Source: a virus (taxonomy: Duplodnaviria; Caudoviricetes). Taken from it: a stretch of 36,628 bases of DNA. The stretch's first letter is position 1. Each line of letters begins with the position of its first letter. This document shows positions 18,010 through 27,856 of this stretch, piece by piece. The stretch covers positions 1-36,628 of IMG/VR virus record IMGVR_UViG_3300033569_000053. One strand, 5' to 3'. The notes under the pieces are model-generated. The model did no database searches, was not told the DNA's origin, and saw only the letters and a program-made list of their open reading frames with translations. A program made the position numbers and the translations under genes.

Positions 18010-18803
18010 CAGTGCTTTTGTTTTTCTATTTCAGCCTGCAGCCGCTCGTTCTCGGCGATGATGAAATTCATTTCCAGTAGTGCAGTACCCAGCAGCATCT
18101 TCTCTACCTTTTCAAAATCACCATACTTGCCGCCGGCCAGGCCACGCAGGATACCAAACATATCCGCATCATTATCCTGGTCAGTTTCGCCTCCACCCTT
18201 GGCATCGAATATGGCCGGGTTATTGGCGGCGATCTTCGCCCTGCAGCTGTCGTACCACATCAGTATCGCCTGCTTGACTGCCATTGGCCACTTCCTGATA
18301 ACCGCTTTGGCGTAGTATTCGCTGGCATTACTATTGAACGGCTCCCGAACATCCCCTTCGAGGTCCTTCTGCTTGTCATATCCGGGCTTAGCCCTTCGAT
18401 ACAACACGGATACGAGATTCTCGAGGGCTTCCCGGTCATCATTTTTGCGGATTACCCGGCTAAAATGAAGCTCAGTAAAATAAAATTCCGAAAGGGTCAG
18501 ATTCACCAGCTCACTCTTTGGTCCGTAAAATCCCTTGTATTCCGGGATGAGCTGCCGGGTGATCTGCAGGTCTTCAAATGTCCAGCCGATGTAATCCAGG
18601 CAGCGCCATTTGATATCATTATTGAGCAGGTAAAACCCGATCAGCGATTTATTCATAAGCACCCTCAATACCTGTAGCCACTTTTTCAGATCATTGCCTT
18701 TGCCATGGATGGCGCCGGCGATCCCGATTAATTGCTTGCCGGTGATCTCATCGGCATTCTCAGGCAGCAGTATGACGGTCTTATCATAAACCAGTGGTAT
18801 CAT
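18009..18803 (-). CDS. Hypothetical phage morphogenesis protein
   Basis: 264-aa ORF coupled in the late operon. Confidence 0.65.
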   Translation of the reverse strand: MIPLVYDKTVILLPENADEITGKQLIGIAGAIHGKGNDLKKWLQVLRVLMNKSLIGFYLLNNDIKWRCLDYIGWTFEDLQITRQLIPEYKGFYGPKSELVNLTLSEFYFTELHFSRVIRKNDDREALENLVSVLYRRAKPGYDKQKDLEGDVREPFNSNASEYYAKAVIRKWPMAVKQAILMWYDSCRAKIAANNPAIFDAKGGGETDQDNDADMFGILRGLAGGKYGDFEKVEKMLLGTALLEMNFIIAENERLQAEIEKQKH

Positions 18804-19783
18804 AATACAAGTATTCCGTTCAGACTGTCGTTGATATTGGTTACCGTTGCTGTAGGGTCCTTATACAAAGAGCTATTGAACCAGGTAGTCAATACTGAAT
18901 CGCTGGCTGTATCGTTCAGGTATTTAATGGCCCGGTTCAGGTAAGCGTTTCCATCCCGGGCGGTATCAGTTTTCAATTCAGCCAGCTGTTTATCGCTTGC
19001 ACTTGCTTCTGCCTGCGGCTGGCGATCGCTGCCAGTACCCAGCATGACCGTAAAGCCTTCCGGCCGCACTTTAACGCTCAGCTTACTGATGGCCTTGTGG
19101 ATGGTGAAATTGGCTTCCGCATGCTTCAACAGATCGATCACGATCGTTTGGTAATCATCCGGCTCATCAGCCGCTTTTAATTCAGCAAGGAATTCCTTAC
19201 CGATGGATGATACCAGGTACAGGTCTTCCACTTCCTGCACAATAGGCTGCAAGCTGTAGAAGGTCCTATGCGGATGCAGCAGGTGAAAATAGTTGGCGAA
19301 ATCGGCACCGGTGCGGATCAGGTTACGATTGAGCCGTTGATAAGCTGCGCTCTGTGCCCATGCGGTATATGGATCATCTGCCCGGTTATCGAACAGGAAC
19401 TGGAACAATAATTCCAGGCCGGCCAATCCTTCGTTCTCCAATACCTGCAGCAGATCCTCGTACTGATATCGGTAAGCGCCCTGCACCTTTTCATTGGTAA
19501 CATTGCGGATCCCACTGTCGGTGATCAGGGTATGAATGAAGGGCAGCTCCTTATAATACATCAGGTAGGCCAGCGCTGTCCATGCTTTTTTCAGCAGGTC
19601 GCTGGGCGTTTCCAGGTCGCCATCTGCTTCAGCCTGCAAAGTGGCCATCAGGTCGGCCCCCAATACAGGAAGCAGGTACTGATCCTCGGCTGCTTTCTGC
19701 ATCCGCGGGATGCTGGTATCTCCGTTGCTGAATGCAATGGGGATGTATTCTTTTACCACATCAATGGTCTTAAACAGAGGCAT
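18800..19783 (-). CDS. DUF6712-like head-tail adaptor protein
   Basis: Follows the portal; two internally repeated units (AEDQYLLPVLG / VEDLYLVSSIG). Confidence 0.55.
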   Translation of the reverse strand: MPLFKTIDVVKEYIPIAFSNGDTSIPRMQKAAEDQYLLPVLGADLMATLQAEADGDLETPSDLLKKAWTALAYLMYYKELPFIHTLITDSGIRNVTNEKVQGAYRYQYEDLLQVLENEGLAGLELLFQFLFDNRADDPYTAWAQSAAYQRLNRNLIRTGADFANYFHLLHPHRTFYSLQPIVQEVEDLYLVSSIGKEFLAELKAADEPDDYQTIVIDLLKHAEANFTIHKAISKLSVKVRPEGFTVMLGTGSDRQPQAEASASDKQLAELKTDTARDGNAYLNRAIKYLNDTASDSVLTTWFNSSLYKDPTATVTNINDSLNGILVL

Positions 19784-19784
19784 C

Positions 19785-21152
19785 TTACATGGGTTTTGGG
19801 GCGGTGCTTCCGCCGGTGTCGAGTGTGGTTAGTATCAGTGATGGGTAACGGAAGGCCAGTGTTTTGCCAGGGTACTTCTTATCCCAGCCGTTAACCCGCT
19901 TTACAATATCGAATACCTGGGCGTTCATTTGCCGCTCTGCTTCCATGAGCATGATCTGAACCAGGTAGGCTTCGCGTATATCGCTTCCGCTTCCAGCGCC
20001 GCCGCTGTAATCGCCGCCAAAAGTATTGGCGCCCATAATGGCCGGGTTCAGCATCAAAGCAAAAAGCACTTCTTTATTGGCTGCTCCGCTATCGGGCAGC
20101 AACTTGCCATCCTTTACTTTATCATCGATCACTTCAATGCTGATGTCCTTCACTTCCTTCTGCGTTACCGGATCAATGTATGAGGATGTGAGAATGGTCT
20201 TATACGCTTTGGTAGTACCGGTTAGGTGATCGTTGATCTCCCGGGCCTTTTCAGCGAATTTGGTTTGCCTCTCTTCCGCTGTATAGCTTTCCCATTTTGG
20301 ATCTCCGTTCTTGAAATAGCGATCGCTGATGGTGATGAGGTATTTAATGCTCATCTGGTTATTCATCATGGCCACTTTCATAGCGGGTACCTGGATGGCC
20401 ATCTCCACCCAATCCCAGCAGCTGTACCAAAGCGGGTACGGGTAGTATTCCTGTCCGGCCAGGTGCGACCGGGAAATAATGCTGAACTCCCGCAGATCAG
20501 TTTTCTTTTCCATCAATGATTGCAAATGGAAGGATTCTTCATCCTCTTTCAGCAGCGGGATCTTCTTTACATACTGATCATTTTCGCCCGCCGTGATCAA
20601 TGACCAGTCAGCTGCATAGTAGGTATTCAGGATATGGCCGCTGGTCAGATCCTTTTTCTCCAGCCGGCACTTAACGATATCATCGGTACGGTAACGGGCC
20701 ACCTTCTCTCCGTTATTATCCAGTACAATGCGGCTATGGCTCCAGCCCCAGCCGATCACGTTACGGATAAAGGTGATGCTGTGCTTGAAGGTTTGGTTCT
20801 CACTCATCCATGCATCGATCTCCGGGTCAACTACAAATTCATAAGTTTCATCCCCTTTATTATCGATGCCGGTGATAAATACCGGGCGTAGGCCTTTGCC
20901 AATGGCGATGCGGGCCTTTGCTTCAATGGCTGCGCTGAGTACCCCGCATTTGCGGATCTTCTCGGCCATTTCAAATGGCAGCATATTGGGTATGCCCTTG
21001 GCTCCGGTCCACTGAGCCCATGGCGTTAGCGTGGTATCGTTCTTTGTCTGAACGGTGGAGAAATCAGCGGAATCGCTGCTCAGCTTAAACATGGCGCCAC
21101 TGGATGATAATAACAGACCAGGGCTTTCGATGTATATGGTTGCTTCGCTCAT
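19785..21152 (-). CDS. Portal protein
   Basis: 455 aa; YYPYPLW and GSGSDIREAY motifs as recalled for Bacteroidota phage portals; precedes the adaptor. Confidence 0.7.
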   Translation of the reverse strand: MSEATIYIESPGLLLSSSGAMFKLSSDSADFSTVQTKNDTTLTPWAQWTGAKGIPNMLPFEMAEKIRKCGVLSAAIEAKARIAIGKGLRPVFITGIDNKGDETYEFVVDPEIDAWMSENQTFKHSITFIRNVIGWGWSHSRIVLDNNGEKVARYRTDDIVKCRLEKKDLTSGHILNTYYAADWSLITAGENDQYVKKIPLLKEDEESFHLQSLMEKKTDLREFSIISRSHLAGQEYYPYPLWYSCWDWVEMAIQVPAMKVAMMNNQMSIKYLITISDRYFKNGDPKWESYTAEERQTKFAEKAREINDHLTGTTKAYKTILTSSYIDPVTQKEVKDISIEVIDDKVKDGKLLPDSGAANKEVLFALMLNPAIMGANTFGGDYSGGAGSGSDIREAYLVQIMLMEAERQMNAQVFDIVKRVNGWDKKYPGKTLAFRYPSLILTTLDTGGSTAPKPM

Positions 21153-21484
21153 TTTACGATGGCGCCGTTGAAGCGCCGGATTAGTTGATAATGCACTTTG
21201 CGGATATCGGCATTGCCGGCGGCCGTTACCCGTATGTTGACTGTGCTGTTATGAAAATGATTTGGATTACGCAGTGAATAGCGAAGGCTGGGCTTATCGG
21301 CCCGGATGGCTGCATTGTAGTCTTCCTTGTCTGCCTGGTAATGTTTTACGGCCTGCTCGATGGCTTTAACCGATCCGCCTCGGCCCCGCTGATGATCCCA
21401 GGTGATGTAGGTAATACTGAAGGGCCTGCCTGTATTCATCCAGGTAATGATCTCCGAAATGCTGATGAAGTTTTCGCTGCTCAC
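21149..21484 (-). CDS. Hypothetical protein upstream of the portal
   Basis: In-frame GTG at 21484, 5 nt after a late-promoter -7 box; ATGA-coupled to the portal. Confidence 0.65.
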   Translation of the reverse strand: MSSENFISISEIITWMNTGRPFSITYITWDHQRGRGGSVKAIEQAVKHYQADKEDYNAAIRADKPSLRYSLRNPNHFHNSTVNIRVTAAGNADIRKVHYQLIRRFNGAIVK

Positions 21485-21489
21485 AGCAA

Positions 21490-21530
21490 TAAAACTACTG
21501 TACGAACAGGGGGGCGTAAAGGACAAGAAA
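21490..21530 (-). promoter_or_regulatory. Phage late-promoter motif, copy 4 (portal operon)
   Basis: TTTCTTGTCCTTT-N20-TAGTTTTA. Confidence 0.75.
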
Positions 21531-21542
21531 ATGGGAAGATGG

Positions 21543-21824
21543 TCAATCCGGATATTCCGGATCAGGATAGAAATCTTCAGGCTCGGCTGGGGCCCCAGTC
21601 ATCCTTACTTTAGATCGCTCTGCTTTAGGAAGAGATTTATACCATGTTGATACCCGGGGTTCATACCCGGAATTCAGCAGGTGAAAGTAGTTTTTAAGAT
21701 GATTCACCTGCTCAAAGGTGAGCAGGTAACTGATATCGCCCTCCTTTTCTTCGTAGAATCCGGTGCTGAAATTATATTTCAGGCTCAACGGGGCCGGTAC
21801 CTGTTTTTTTGCTCTGCCTCCCAT
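21543..21824 (-). CDS. Hypothetical protein
   Basis: 93 aa; ATG 4 nt after TATCTTTG (a -7-like box at 21829-21836). Confidence 0.55.
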   Translation of the reverse strand: MGGRAKKQVPAPLSLKYNFSTGFYEEKEGDISYLLTFEQVNHLKNYFHLLNSGYEPRVSTWYKSLPKAERSKVRMTGAPAEPEDFYPDPEYPD

Positions 21825-21837
21825 TGGGCAAAGATAA

Positions 21838-21857
21838 GCCCCTGTAGAAACAGGGGC
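21838..21857 (-). terminator. GC hairpin GCCCCTGT-TTCT-ACAGGGGC
   Basis: 8-bp perfect stem, nearly identical to 29181-29200. Confidence 0.6.
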
Positions 21858-21899
21858 CGCTCACCAAAACTAACTGCTTATTAAAATTGTACTGCATTA

Positions 21900-21939
21900 T
21901 AAATGTACTACCCTATGTCCATGCTCAAAAGGACAAGAA
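21900..21939 (-). promoter_or_regulatory. Phage late-promoter motif, copy 3 (after the tape measure gene)
   Basis: TTCTTGTCCTTT-N20-TACATTTA. Confidence 0.7.
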
Positions 21940-24756
21940 CTATACCCTCACCAGCGAGGTCTCCGATCTCAGCTTATTATCCAGTTCATTGCCAGCCCGC
22001 ACATCGCTGTAGGCTACATAAGCACGCAGCGGCTCATTCATCTTGGCGATGAAGGCGCCAAGCAGCAGGTTCAGATCCGGCTGCTGGGTATTGTTTGAAG
22101 CGCCGGCAAATACACCTCCCCGCTCGAACCGGCCCATGCTACCCATTGTGCTATTGATATTGCCCAGGTTCATGGCCGAATAGGGCCGGGTTCTCCAGGA
22201 CGGTAAAATGGATGCGCCGTTCTGGTACATGCTGCTGTACAGCAGGGCATCTATCAGTGGACGGTTATTTGCATAGGTATTCCGGCTCAGGATGGGCTCA
22301 CCTCCTTCCAGCTCGGCCACTTTACGGCCGCGGCTGTACACCGGCATTCCACCTTCCTGGTGGCTGGGGCCTTCGAATACACCGCCCCGGGCGTAACGCT
22401 GTGAAGCGATCAATCCCATTTGGGCTGCATTGGTAGCAGCTGTAATGGCCATGGCGATGATACCGGTAAAATTGGGATAGGTTGGCGGGCCGAAGTTGGC
22501 GATGGTTTGAATAACGCCCTGTGCACCCGAGATGATGGCGTTGATGAACTTAAGCCGCTTCTCACGCTCAAATGCTTTTCGCTTCTGTTGTTCCTGCTCC
22601 TTCTCTCTTTCCCTGTCGATCGCTTTTATCTTTCGGCCGTAAACCTCTTCGCTGATGATCTTACGGTCGTACAGATCCTTCAGTTTATTTTTTTGCAGGT
22701 CGGCTTCATTGTTGATCTGCTTGATACGCTGCTCATCCTTCTGCTGCTGGATCTCGTTAATGGTTTGGAAGATGCCCATGATCTGCTGCGCCGTATTCAC
22801 GATCTCCTGGAACTGCTGAATATAGCTTTGCTGGGTAATGGCTGCCCGGGCATCATCGTATCTTTTCCGTATAGCTTCCTTTTGTTTCTCTGTCAGCTCT
22901 GTATTCAATAGCTCCTGCTGCATTTGCAGATCAAGAACATGCAGCTGTGCTTTCAGACGGGCCTTACCAGTTGATAAGGTAACATCCGCAGCGGCATCAG
23001 CCAACATCCCCTGGATATCCTTTGGCAGGGCGCCAATAACAGCAGCAGCATCAGCTCCTGTTGCGCCAGCAGCACCACTACCAGGCATATACTTATCCTG
23101 CAGGGCCTTCATCTTTTGGAAATGGATCTCCTGCAGTTTGAACAGCGCATCGTTATACTGCTGTTGGGTAAGCAATTTTCGTTTCAGGCCTTCTTTGAGC
23201 TTAGCCAGGTCCTTGTCGTAGCTCTCGTTTACTTTTTTAAGTTCATAGAGCATGGGAGAGAGCGCCGTTTTATCGTACTCATCGGCGTTCTGCTTCAGCA
23301 TATCATCCAGTTCTTTCTGGAACTGCTTCATCTCCCGGAGTGCTTCAGCCAGCCTTTTTTTTGCGGCCGATTCATCTTCTTTGCTCACATCCTCATTGAG
23401 TTTTTTCTTACTATCAAGAACAGATTGAGAGACAACTTTTTCCGCACCTTCAACAAGGCGAAGGTCTTCCAGATAACGCTGGGTTAGTTGCAGCTGGCGC
23501 TGCCGGTTATTCTTATCGGAGCTGGCAAGGAATGTAGCAATATCTTCCTGTGTGGTTTTAAGGATTGATTTATAGCTCCCCAAAAGCCTTTTTTGGGTAT
23601 CAAGGTCTTTGCTGGCCAGATCGGTGAGCGTGGAAGAAACGCGCTTATTAATATCCTGGCCAATGCCGGCAAGAAATTCATCAGCCTGTCCGCCTTTGGC
23701 AAAGTTCCATATACCGAGAACTGCTTTTTTGGCTGAATTGAATACATCACTGATGCCGTTAATGGCGCCGGAAAGAAAGTCAAGGGCTGTTTGCAAAACA
23801 GGCAAAAGATTATTACCGATCTCTTCCTGCAAATCCTTTACATTCTGTTTGGTGGTGGCCAATGATCCTGCATAGGATTCGCTGAAGGTCTTCGCTGCGC
23901 CTTCTACCTTTCCAGCCAGGTCAGTGGTGATAATATTGAATCGCTCAGTTTCATTTCCGGCCTCTTTGATATCGACCCCGTATGTTTTTAGCGCCTTGGC
24001 ATTGCCTTCCAATGCACGCAGAATGGCGTCTGTAGCCTCCGGAAGAGATATGCGGCTCTTGGCGGCAAAGTCAATAATGATGGGTGCCAGCTTGCTCATC
24101 TGTGCCTCGGTGAGCTTCCCATAGGTTACGAGCTTATCAAATACGCCAACCACATCATCGTTATCCAGGTAGCCCACGCTCTTTGCCAGGTCATCGGCCT
24201 GTTGAGTAAGGCGCTCAAAAGCATCGCTTCGGCCGGCATTATCCAACGCATTGGCGAAGCGATCGGTGGCTTCCTGCGCCTGTATGGCTTCATCCACGGC
24301 TCCTTTAAAGAAGCCTACGGCGGCTGCAATGCCCAATACTGGCATGGCTTCTGCCAGTATCGCCTTCAATCCACCGGTCTCTTTCTTCACCTGGCTAATA
24401 CTGGTACCCATTCGGTCAAGCTCGAGGCTGGCTTTCTGAAACTCCTTGAACTTGGCAGCGTACCCGGGAGCATCTTCACTCATGCGCTTCAGCTCGTTGC
24501 GCAGACGGCTAACGGTGGTCTGCATCTGGTTGAAGCTGGGGCGCAGGCCCTTATCGATCTGGTCCTGCACGGCCTTGATATCGTTTTGAACCTTGTTCAG
24601 CTTCGATATCTCGTTTACCATCGATTTGCCGGCATCCGCACCTTTCTTGATCTTCTCATTGAGCTTATCAGCCTGCTTCTGCAAGGCCTCCAGCGCTTCT
24701 TTGGCGCTGGCGTGGTTGATGTATATGCTGGCGGTCTTCCTGCTGAGATCATTCAT
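21940..24756 (-). CDS. Tape measure protein
   Basis: 938 aa, coiled-coil and Ala/Lys/Gln-rich, with hydrophobic segments and C-terminal YARGG/GPSHQEGG/ELEGGE motifs. Confidence 0.85.
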   Translation of the reverse strand: MNDLSRKTASIYINHASAKEALEALQKQADKLNEKIKKGADAGKSMVNEISKLNKVQNDIKAVQDQIDKGLRPSFNQMQTTVSRLRNELKRMSEDAPGYAAKFKEFQKASLELDRMGTSISQVKKETGGLKAILAEAMPVLGIAAAVGFFKGAVDEAIQAQEATDRFANALDNAGRSDAFERLTQQADDLAKSVGYLDNDDVVGVFDKLVTYGKLTEAQMSKLAPIIIDFAAKSRISLPEATDAILRALEGNAKALKTYGVDIKEAGNETERFNIITTDLAGKVEGAAKTFSESYAGSLATTKQNVKDLQEEIGNNLLPVLQTALDFLSGAINGISDVFNSAKKAVLGIWNFAKGGQADEFLAGIGQDINKRVSSTLTDLASKDLDTQKRLLGSYKSILKTTQEDIATFLASSDKNNRQRQLQLTQRYLEDLRLVEGAEKVVSQSVLDSKKKLNEDVSKEDESAAKKRLAEALREMKQFQKELDDMLKQNADEYDKTALSPMLYELKKVNESYDKDLAKLKEGLKRKLLTQQQYNDALFKLQEIHFQKMKALQDKYMPGSGAAGATGADAAAVIGALPKDIQGMLADAAADVTLSTGKARLKAQLHVLDLQMQQELLNTELTEKQKEAIRKRYDDARAAITQQSYIQQFQEIVNTAQQIMGIFQTINEIQQQKDEQRIKQINNEADLQKNKLKDLYDRKIISEEVYGRKIKAIDREREKEQEQQKRKAFEREKRLKFINAIISGAQGVIQTIANFGPPTYPNFTGIIAMAITAATNAAQMGLIASQRYARGGVFEGPSHQEGGMPVYSRGRKVAELEGGEPILSRNTYANNRPLIDALLYSSMYQNGASILPSWRTRPYSAMNLGNINSTMGSMGRFERGGVFAGASNNTQQPDLNLLLGAFIAKMNEPLRAYVAYSDVRAGNELDNKLRSETSLVRV

Positions 24757-24758
24757 GG

Positions 24759-25142
24759 TTACTTGATTGAAAGATTATTGACCACATAGGTGCAGTCGTT
24801 ATCGGCAACGATCTTCTGCAGGGCGGGCATATTGCGGTCCACCGGGTTACTGTACCAGCGTGCCGGCCGCCTGGTGGTTTGTCCAACGCGGGAGATGGGC
24901 GTTCCCTTGCCCACGCCCTTGTGCCTGAAAATGCCGCTGCGGGGCATGCCGAAGCTGAGCTTATCGATCATACCGTTCTTCATACGGTATTTGCGGGTAA
25001 TGGAATTTTGCAGGGCCTTAGGGCTTGGACTTTTAGGCCGGTGCGTAATGCCCAGTGCCGTGATCTCATTCTTGATGGCGGCAAATGTTTTATCATTCCA
25101 AGCCAGTATTTGTTCGTTATCGTAGGGAATATCTGCCATCAT
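24759..25142 (-). CDS. Putative neck/tail completion protein
   Basis: Basic 127 aa with a FRHKGVGKG...RRPARWY pattern; precedes the tape measure gene. Confidence 0.5.
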   Translation of the reverse strand: MMADIPYDNEQILAWNDKTFAAIKNEITALGITHRPKSPSPKALQNSITRKYRMKNGMIDKLSFGMPRSGIFRHKGVGKGTPISRVGQTTRRPARWYSNPVDRNMPALQKIVADNDCTYVVNNLSIK

Positions 25143-25146
25143 GAAA

Positions 25147-25176
25147 AAGGTGCCGCAGCTTGCGGCCGGGCACCTT
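25147..25176 (-). terminator. Intrinsic terminator-like hairpin
   Basis: AAGGTGCC...GGCACCTT stem running into a T tract on the minus strand. Confidence 0.55.
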
Positions 25177-25199
25177 GGGTTATTTCGTTTGAAGAAGCT

Positions 25200-25430
25200 T
25201 TATTCTTTCGGCGTTTCCTTGTTCTCTTTTTTCACCAGTGTATTGTTGACCGGCTTTTCAGCGATCAGGTTAGATCCACGCTCAACCATACCTTTCGCCA
25301 TTTCGGGCGTAATATTGCTCAGCTTGCCATTGTAGGTGCCGGGCTTCTGGATCATCTTATCCACGCCGATGAGCGCCACATAACGGGCATCCACATCGGG
25401 GTTGGTGAATTTTATTGCTTCATTTGCCAT
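25200..25430 (-). CDS. Hypothetical small protein after the tail tube gene
   Basis: 76-aa ORF with an AT-rich leader. Confidence 0.6.
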   Translation of the reverse strand: MANEAIKFTNPDVDARYVALIGVDKMIQKPGTYNGKLSNITPEMAKGMVERGSNLIAEKPVNNTLVKKENKETPKE

Positions 25431-25456
25431 GAGTGATCGATTTGATGGGTGATGGG

Positions 25457-26002
25457 TTACGGTTTCAGGTCAACATCGCCGCTGTAGAAGAACTTCTTAT
25501 CGCGGACAGCAACTTCCACGATGTACTCCTTCAGGCCTTCTGCGGTTGTTTTACTGCCGCCACTTACTGATGCGGTTGGTGCCAGGCAGTCATCCCCCAG
25601 TTGAACGTATTCGGTTGCATTCTGGCAGTCCTGGTCTTTTACCAGGAAGATGCAGTCGTCATTGAGCATATCCCGTACCTGCTCAAGCGTGCTGGCATCA
25701 TCACCCAGCAGCGTGAACTTGTACTTGTAGGTAATGCTCTTCGCACCATCTTCGCCGGTGCTTTCCCAGGTACCTTCAACGCTGTGCTTTTTGGTGGCCC
25801 AGCTGATCCATCCATCAACACCGGGATCTGCGAAAACGTGATCACCGGTGATGGTTACCTTATCGCCGGCGCCGCTGGGGCTTCCGGTTGGGTGTGCCAT
25901 CGATTGGAAGGTATCAACAGGCGCAAAAAGAACTACGTTCTTATAGCCGCCCTGCATGTTGGTTTGGTCAGCTTTCGTGCGTGCGCCATATACATTTGCC
26001 AT
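25457..26002 (-). CDS. Major tail (tube) protein
   Basis: 181 aa, acidic and beta-rich; NMQGG...LFAP and YVQLG motifs; position after the capsid gene. Confidence 0.65.
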   Translation of the reverse strand: MANVYGARTKADQTNMQGGYKNVVLFAPVDTFQSMAHPTGSPSGAGDKVTITGDHVFADPGVDGWISWATKKHSVEGTWESTGEDGAKSITYKYKFTLLGDDASTLEQVRDMLNDDCIFLVKDQDCQNATEYVQLGDDCLAPTASVSGGSKTTAEGLKEYIVEVAVRDKKFFYSGDVDLKP

Positions 26003-26033
26003 GATAAATGGGTTTAATTTTTGTGGTTATTGG

Positions 26034-26396
26034 TTAATCGCCTTTGCGTTTGATCACGCCTGATCCCATTTCAACAAGCTCAGCCAGCAGGTCTTTATCC
26101 AGCAGCGCTTCTGTGGCAAGTATCTTCTTACCGTTGAGATTGAAGGCCGGTGCGGTGAACACATAATTTTCTTTGCCCACCTTGAAGCTGTCGGTTGGGA
26201 GCTGCGCTTTTTTTGCCGGCAGCGGTGCTGCGGTTTTACCGGAAGCTGCAAGCTGCATTTCCAGTTCTTCCACCTTGGCCTGCAGATCTTCATTTACCGC
26301 AAGTGCATCTTTGAGCTGCTGATCCTTTTCCAGGCCAGCGGCATTTGCGGCTTCCAGATCGGCCTGCAGTTTTTCGAGTTCGTCGGCTTTTGCCAT
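26034..26396 (-). CDS. Hypothetical coiled-coil virion-associated protein
   Basis: 120 aa between the capsid and tail tube genes. Confidence 0.65.
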   Translation of the reverse strand: MAKADELEKLQADLEAANAAGLEKDQQLKDALAVNEDLQAKVEELEMQLAASGKTAAPLPAKKAQLPTDSFKVGKENYVFTAPAFNLNGKKILATEALLDKDLLAELVEMGSGVIKRKGD

Positions 26397-26421
26397 AAAA
26401 TGAGTTTATTAATTGAAGAGA

Positions 26422-26447
26422 AGCACCCGGAATGGTTACCGGGTGCT
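26422..26447 (-). terminator. Hairpin immediately after the capsid gene
   Basis: AGCACCCGG-N8-CCGGGTGCT, perfect 9-bp stem. Confidence 0.55.
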
Positions 26448-26452
26448 GGTTT

Positions 26453-27358
26453 TTACGATTGGTCGTTCACCATCAGAACATCCAGGTCGTTGATCTCACA
26501 ACCAACAGGCATCATCAGGCGGGTGTCGATGATGTTGTACCGGGGTGTAGGATATACTGATACCTGGTTGGTATCGGTACCGAAGACCAGGTTGTTCTTC
26601 ACGGTGGCGATCAGGCGGCCGCTGGTGCCCATCCAGGATACAGGGCGAAGAACAGCGTTTTCATTGTCCAGCGGGTAGTCGCCTACTTCGTTGGGCCTGA
26701 AATTGATGTTGTTCATCGTGCGGTAATGCTGGGCGTATTTGCGGGCCGTGGCGTAGCTGCAATACACAATGAAGCCAGATTCCTTCATCTTGATGGGGAA
26801 GCTGGAATCGTTGGTGAGCAGTTCTACCTTGGTTACCGCGTTGGCATTGGTGAGTGCACCTGTAGCTACCGGGGTGATATTTGAAAGACCGATCTCAGCG
26901 GCGATGATGGTTCCCCATCCGTTACAAACATCTTCAGGAGCATCACCTGCTCCATCGCGTACACCGCTGTAGATGGTGGAGACATTCAGGTGCTCCAGGA
27001 ATTTTTCCGACAGGAAGGACAGGGCGCCCTGGTACAGCATCTTGTCCTTCATCGCTGGATCGGCCAGGTAGGTATTCCTGAAGTCTTCGAAATCGAATGG
27101 GAAATCCCATTTGGCCATGTAGGCGGTGAGAATGCGATCGCTGTAAACGGCTCCCTGGCTGTCCTTATCGTCATTGGAACGGTAAGGGCGTGGTGCACCG
27201 CGGCTGCTGAGCTTTGTCAGCGATTGCGGGGCGTTCACGTTTGTGCGGATCTGGATACCCTGGTTGGCCAGATTCCATTTCAGTAACGCCTGGGAAAAGA
27301 TAGAACCGCCGTACTGCAGAAACGCATCGGTGGTAATTTGGATGTCGGATGATGCCAT
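26453..27358 (-). CDS. Major capsid protein (probable)
   Basis: 301 aa, downstream of the prohead protease/scaffold and followed by a stabilising hairpin; NNLVFGTD motif. Confidence 0.65.
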   Translation of the reverse strand: MASSDIQITTDAFLQYGGSIFSQALLKWNLANQGIQIRTNVNAPQSLTKLSSRGAPRPYRSNDDKDSQGAVYSDRILTAYMAKWDFPFDFEDFRNTYLADPAMKDKMLYQGALSFLSEKFLEHLNVSTIYSGVRDGAGDAPEDVCNGWGTIIAAEIGLSNITPVATGALTNANAVTKVELLTNDSSFPIKMKESGFIVYCSYATARKYAQHYRTMNNINFRPNEVGDYPLDNENAVLRPVSWMGTSGRLIATVKNNLVFGTDTNQVSVYPTPRYNIIDTRLMMPVGCEINDLDVLMVNDQS

Positions 27359-27403
27359 GGCTGTATTTTTTTACTGTGGTTTAATGTTTGAAAATGATCG
27401 GGG

Positions 27404-27820
27404 TTATCGGGCCTGTTTTCGGCCCAGCAAATAGGCTACATAGGTACTCACCTGTGTTCCGGTTGTTGCCACGGCCACTTTGTAGTATTTATAATAGGTC
27501 TTGCTGAGCGTCCAATAATGGCTGTTAGTTGTTTGGTTTGCCAGTGTCAGCGTATCTGATCCGACTGGTGTGTAATTGGTACCATCAACGCTGCCATACA
27601 GAATGGCCGTACCGGCAACGGTACCGCTTACCTTGGTACCGATCACCTGGATGGTCATGATGTCGAAATTGTTGATCTCACCGCTCAGCGTGGCAATATG
27701 CGTTTGCGTTACCGCATTGGTATTGGTATTGCTGCTGGCCGTCATGGTGATCTGTGCTTTGCTGACGGTGGCAAAGAGGCACATGGCTGAGATGCAAATG
27801 AGGGAAAAGAGCTTTTTCAT
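27404..27820 (-). CDS. Signal-peptide-bearing beta-rich protein between the protease and capsid genes
   Basis: MKKLFSLICISAMCLFATVSKA|Q Sec signal; Thr-rich beta-sandwich with GSVDGTNY. Confidence 0.75.
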   Translation of the reverse strand: MKKLFSLICISAMCLFATVSKAQITMTASSNTNTNAVTQTHIATLSGEINNFDIMTIQVIGTKVSGTVAGTAILYGSVDGTNYTPVGSDTLTLANQTTNSHYWTLSKTYYKYYKVAVATTGTQVSTYVAYLLGRKQAR

Positions 27821-27856
27821 GGTTATGTTGTTTGTTTTTTTTATGAATGGGTTGAA

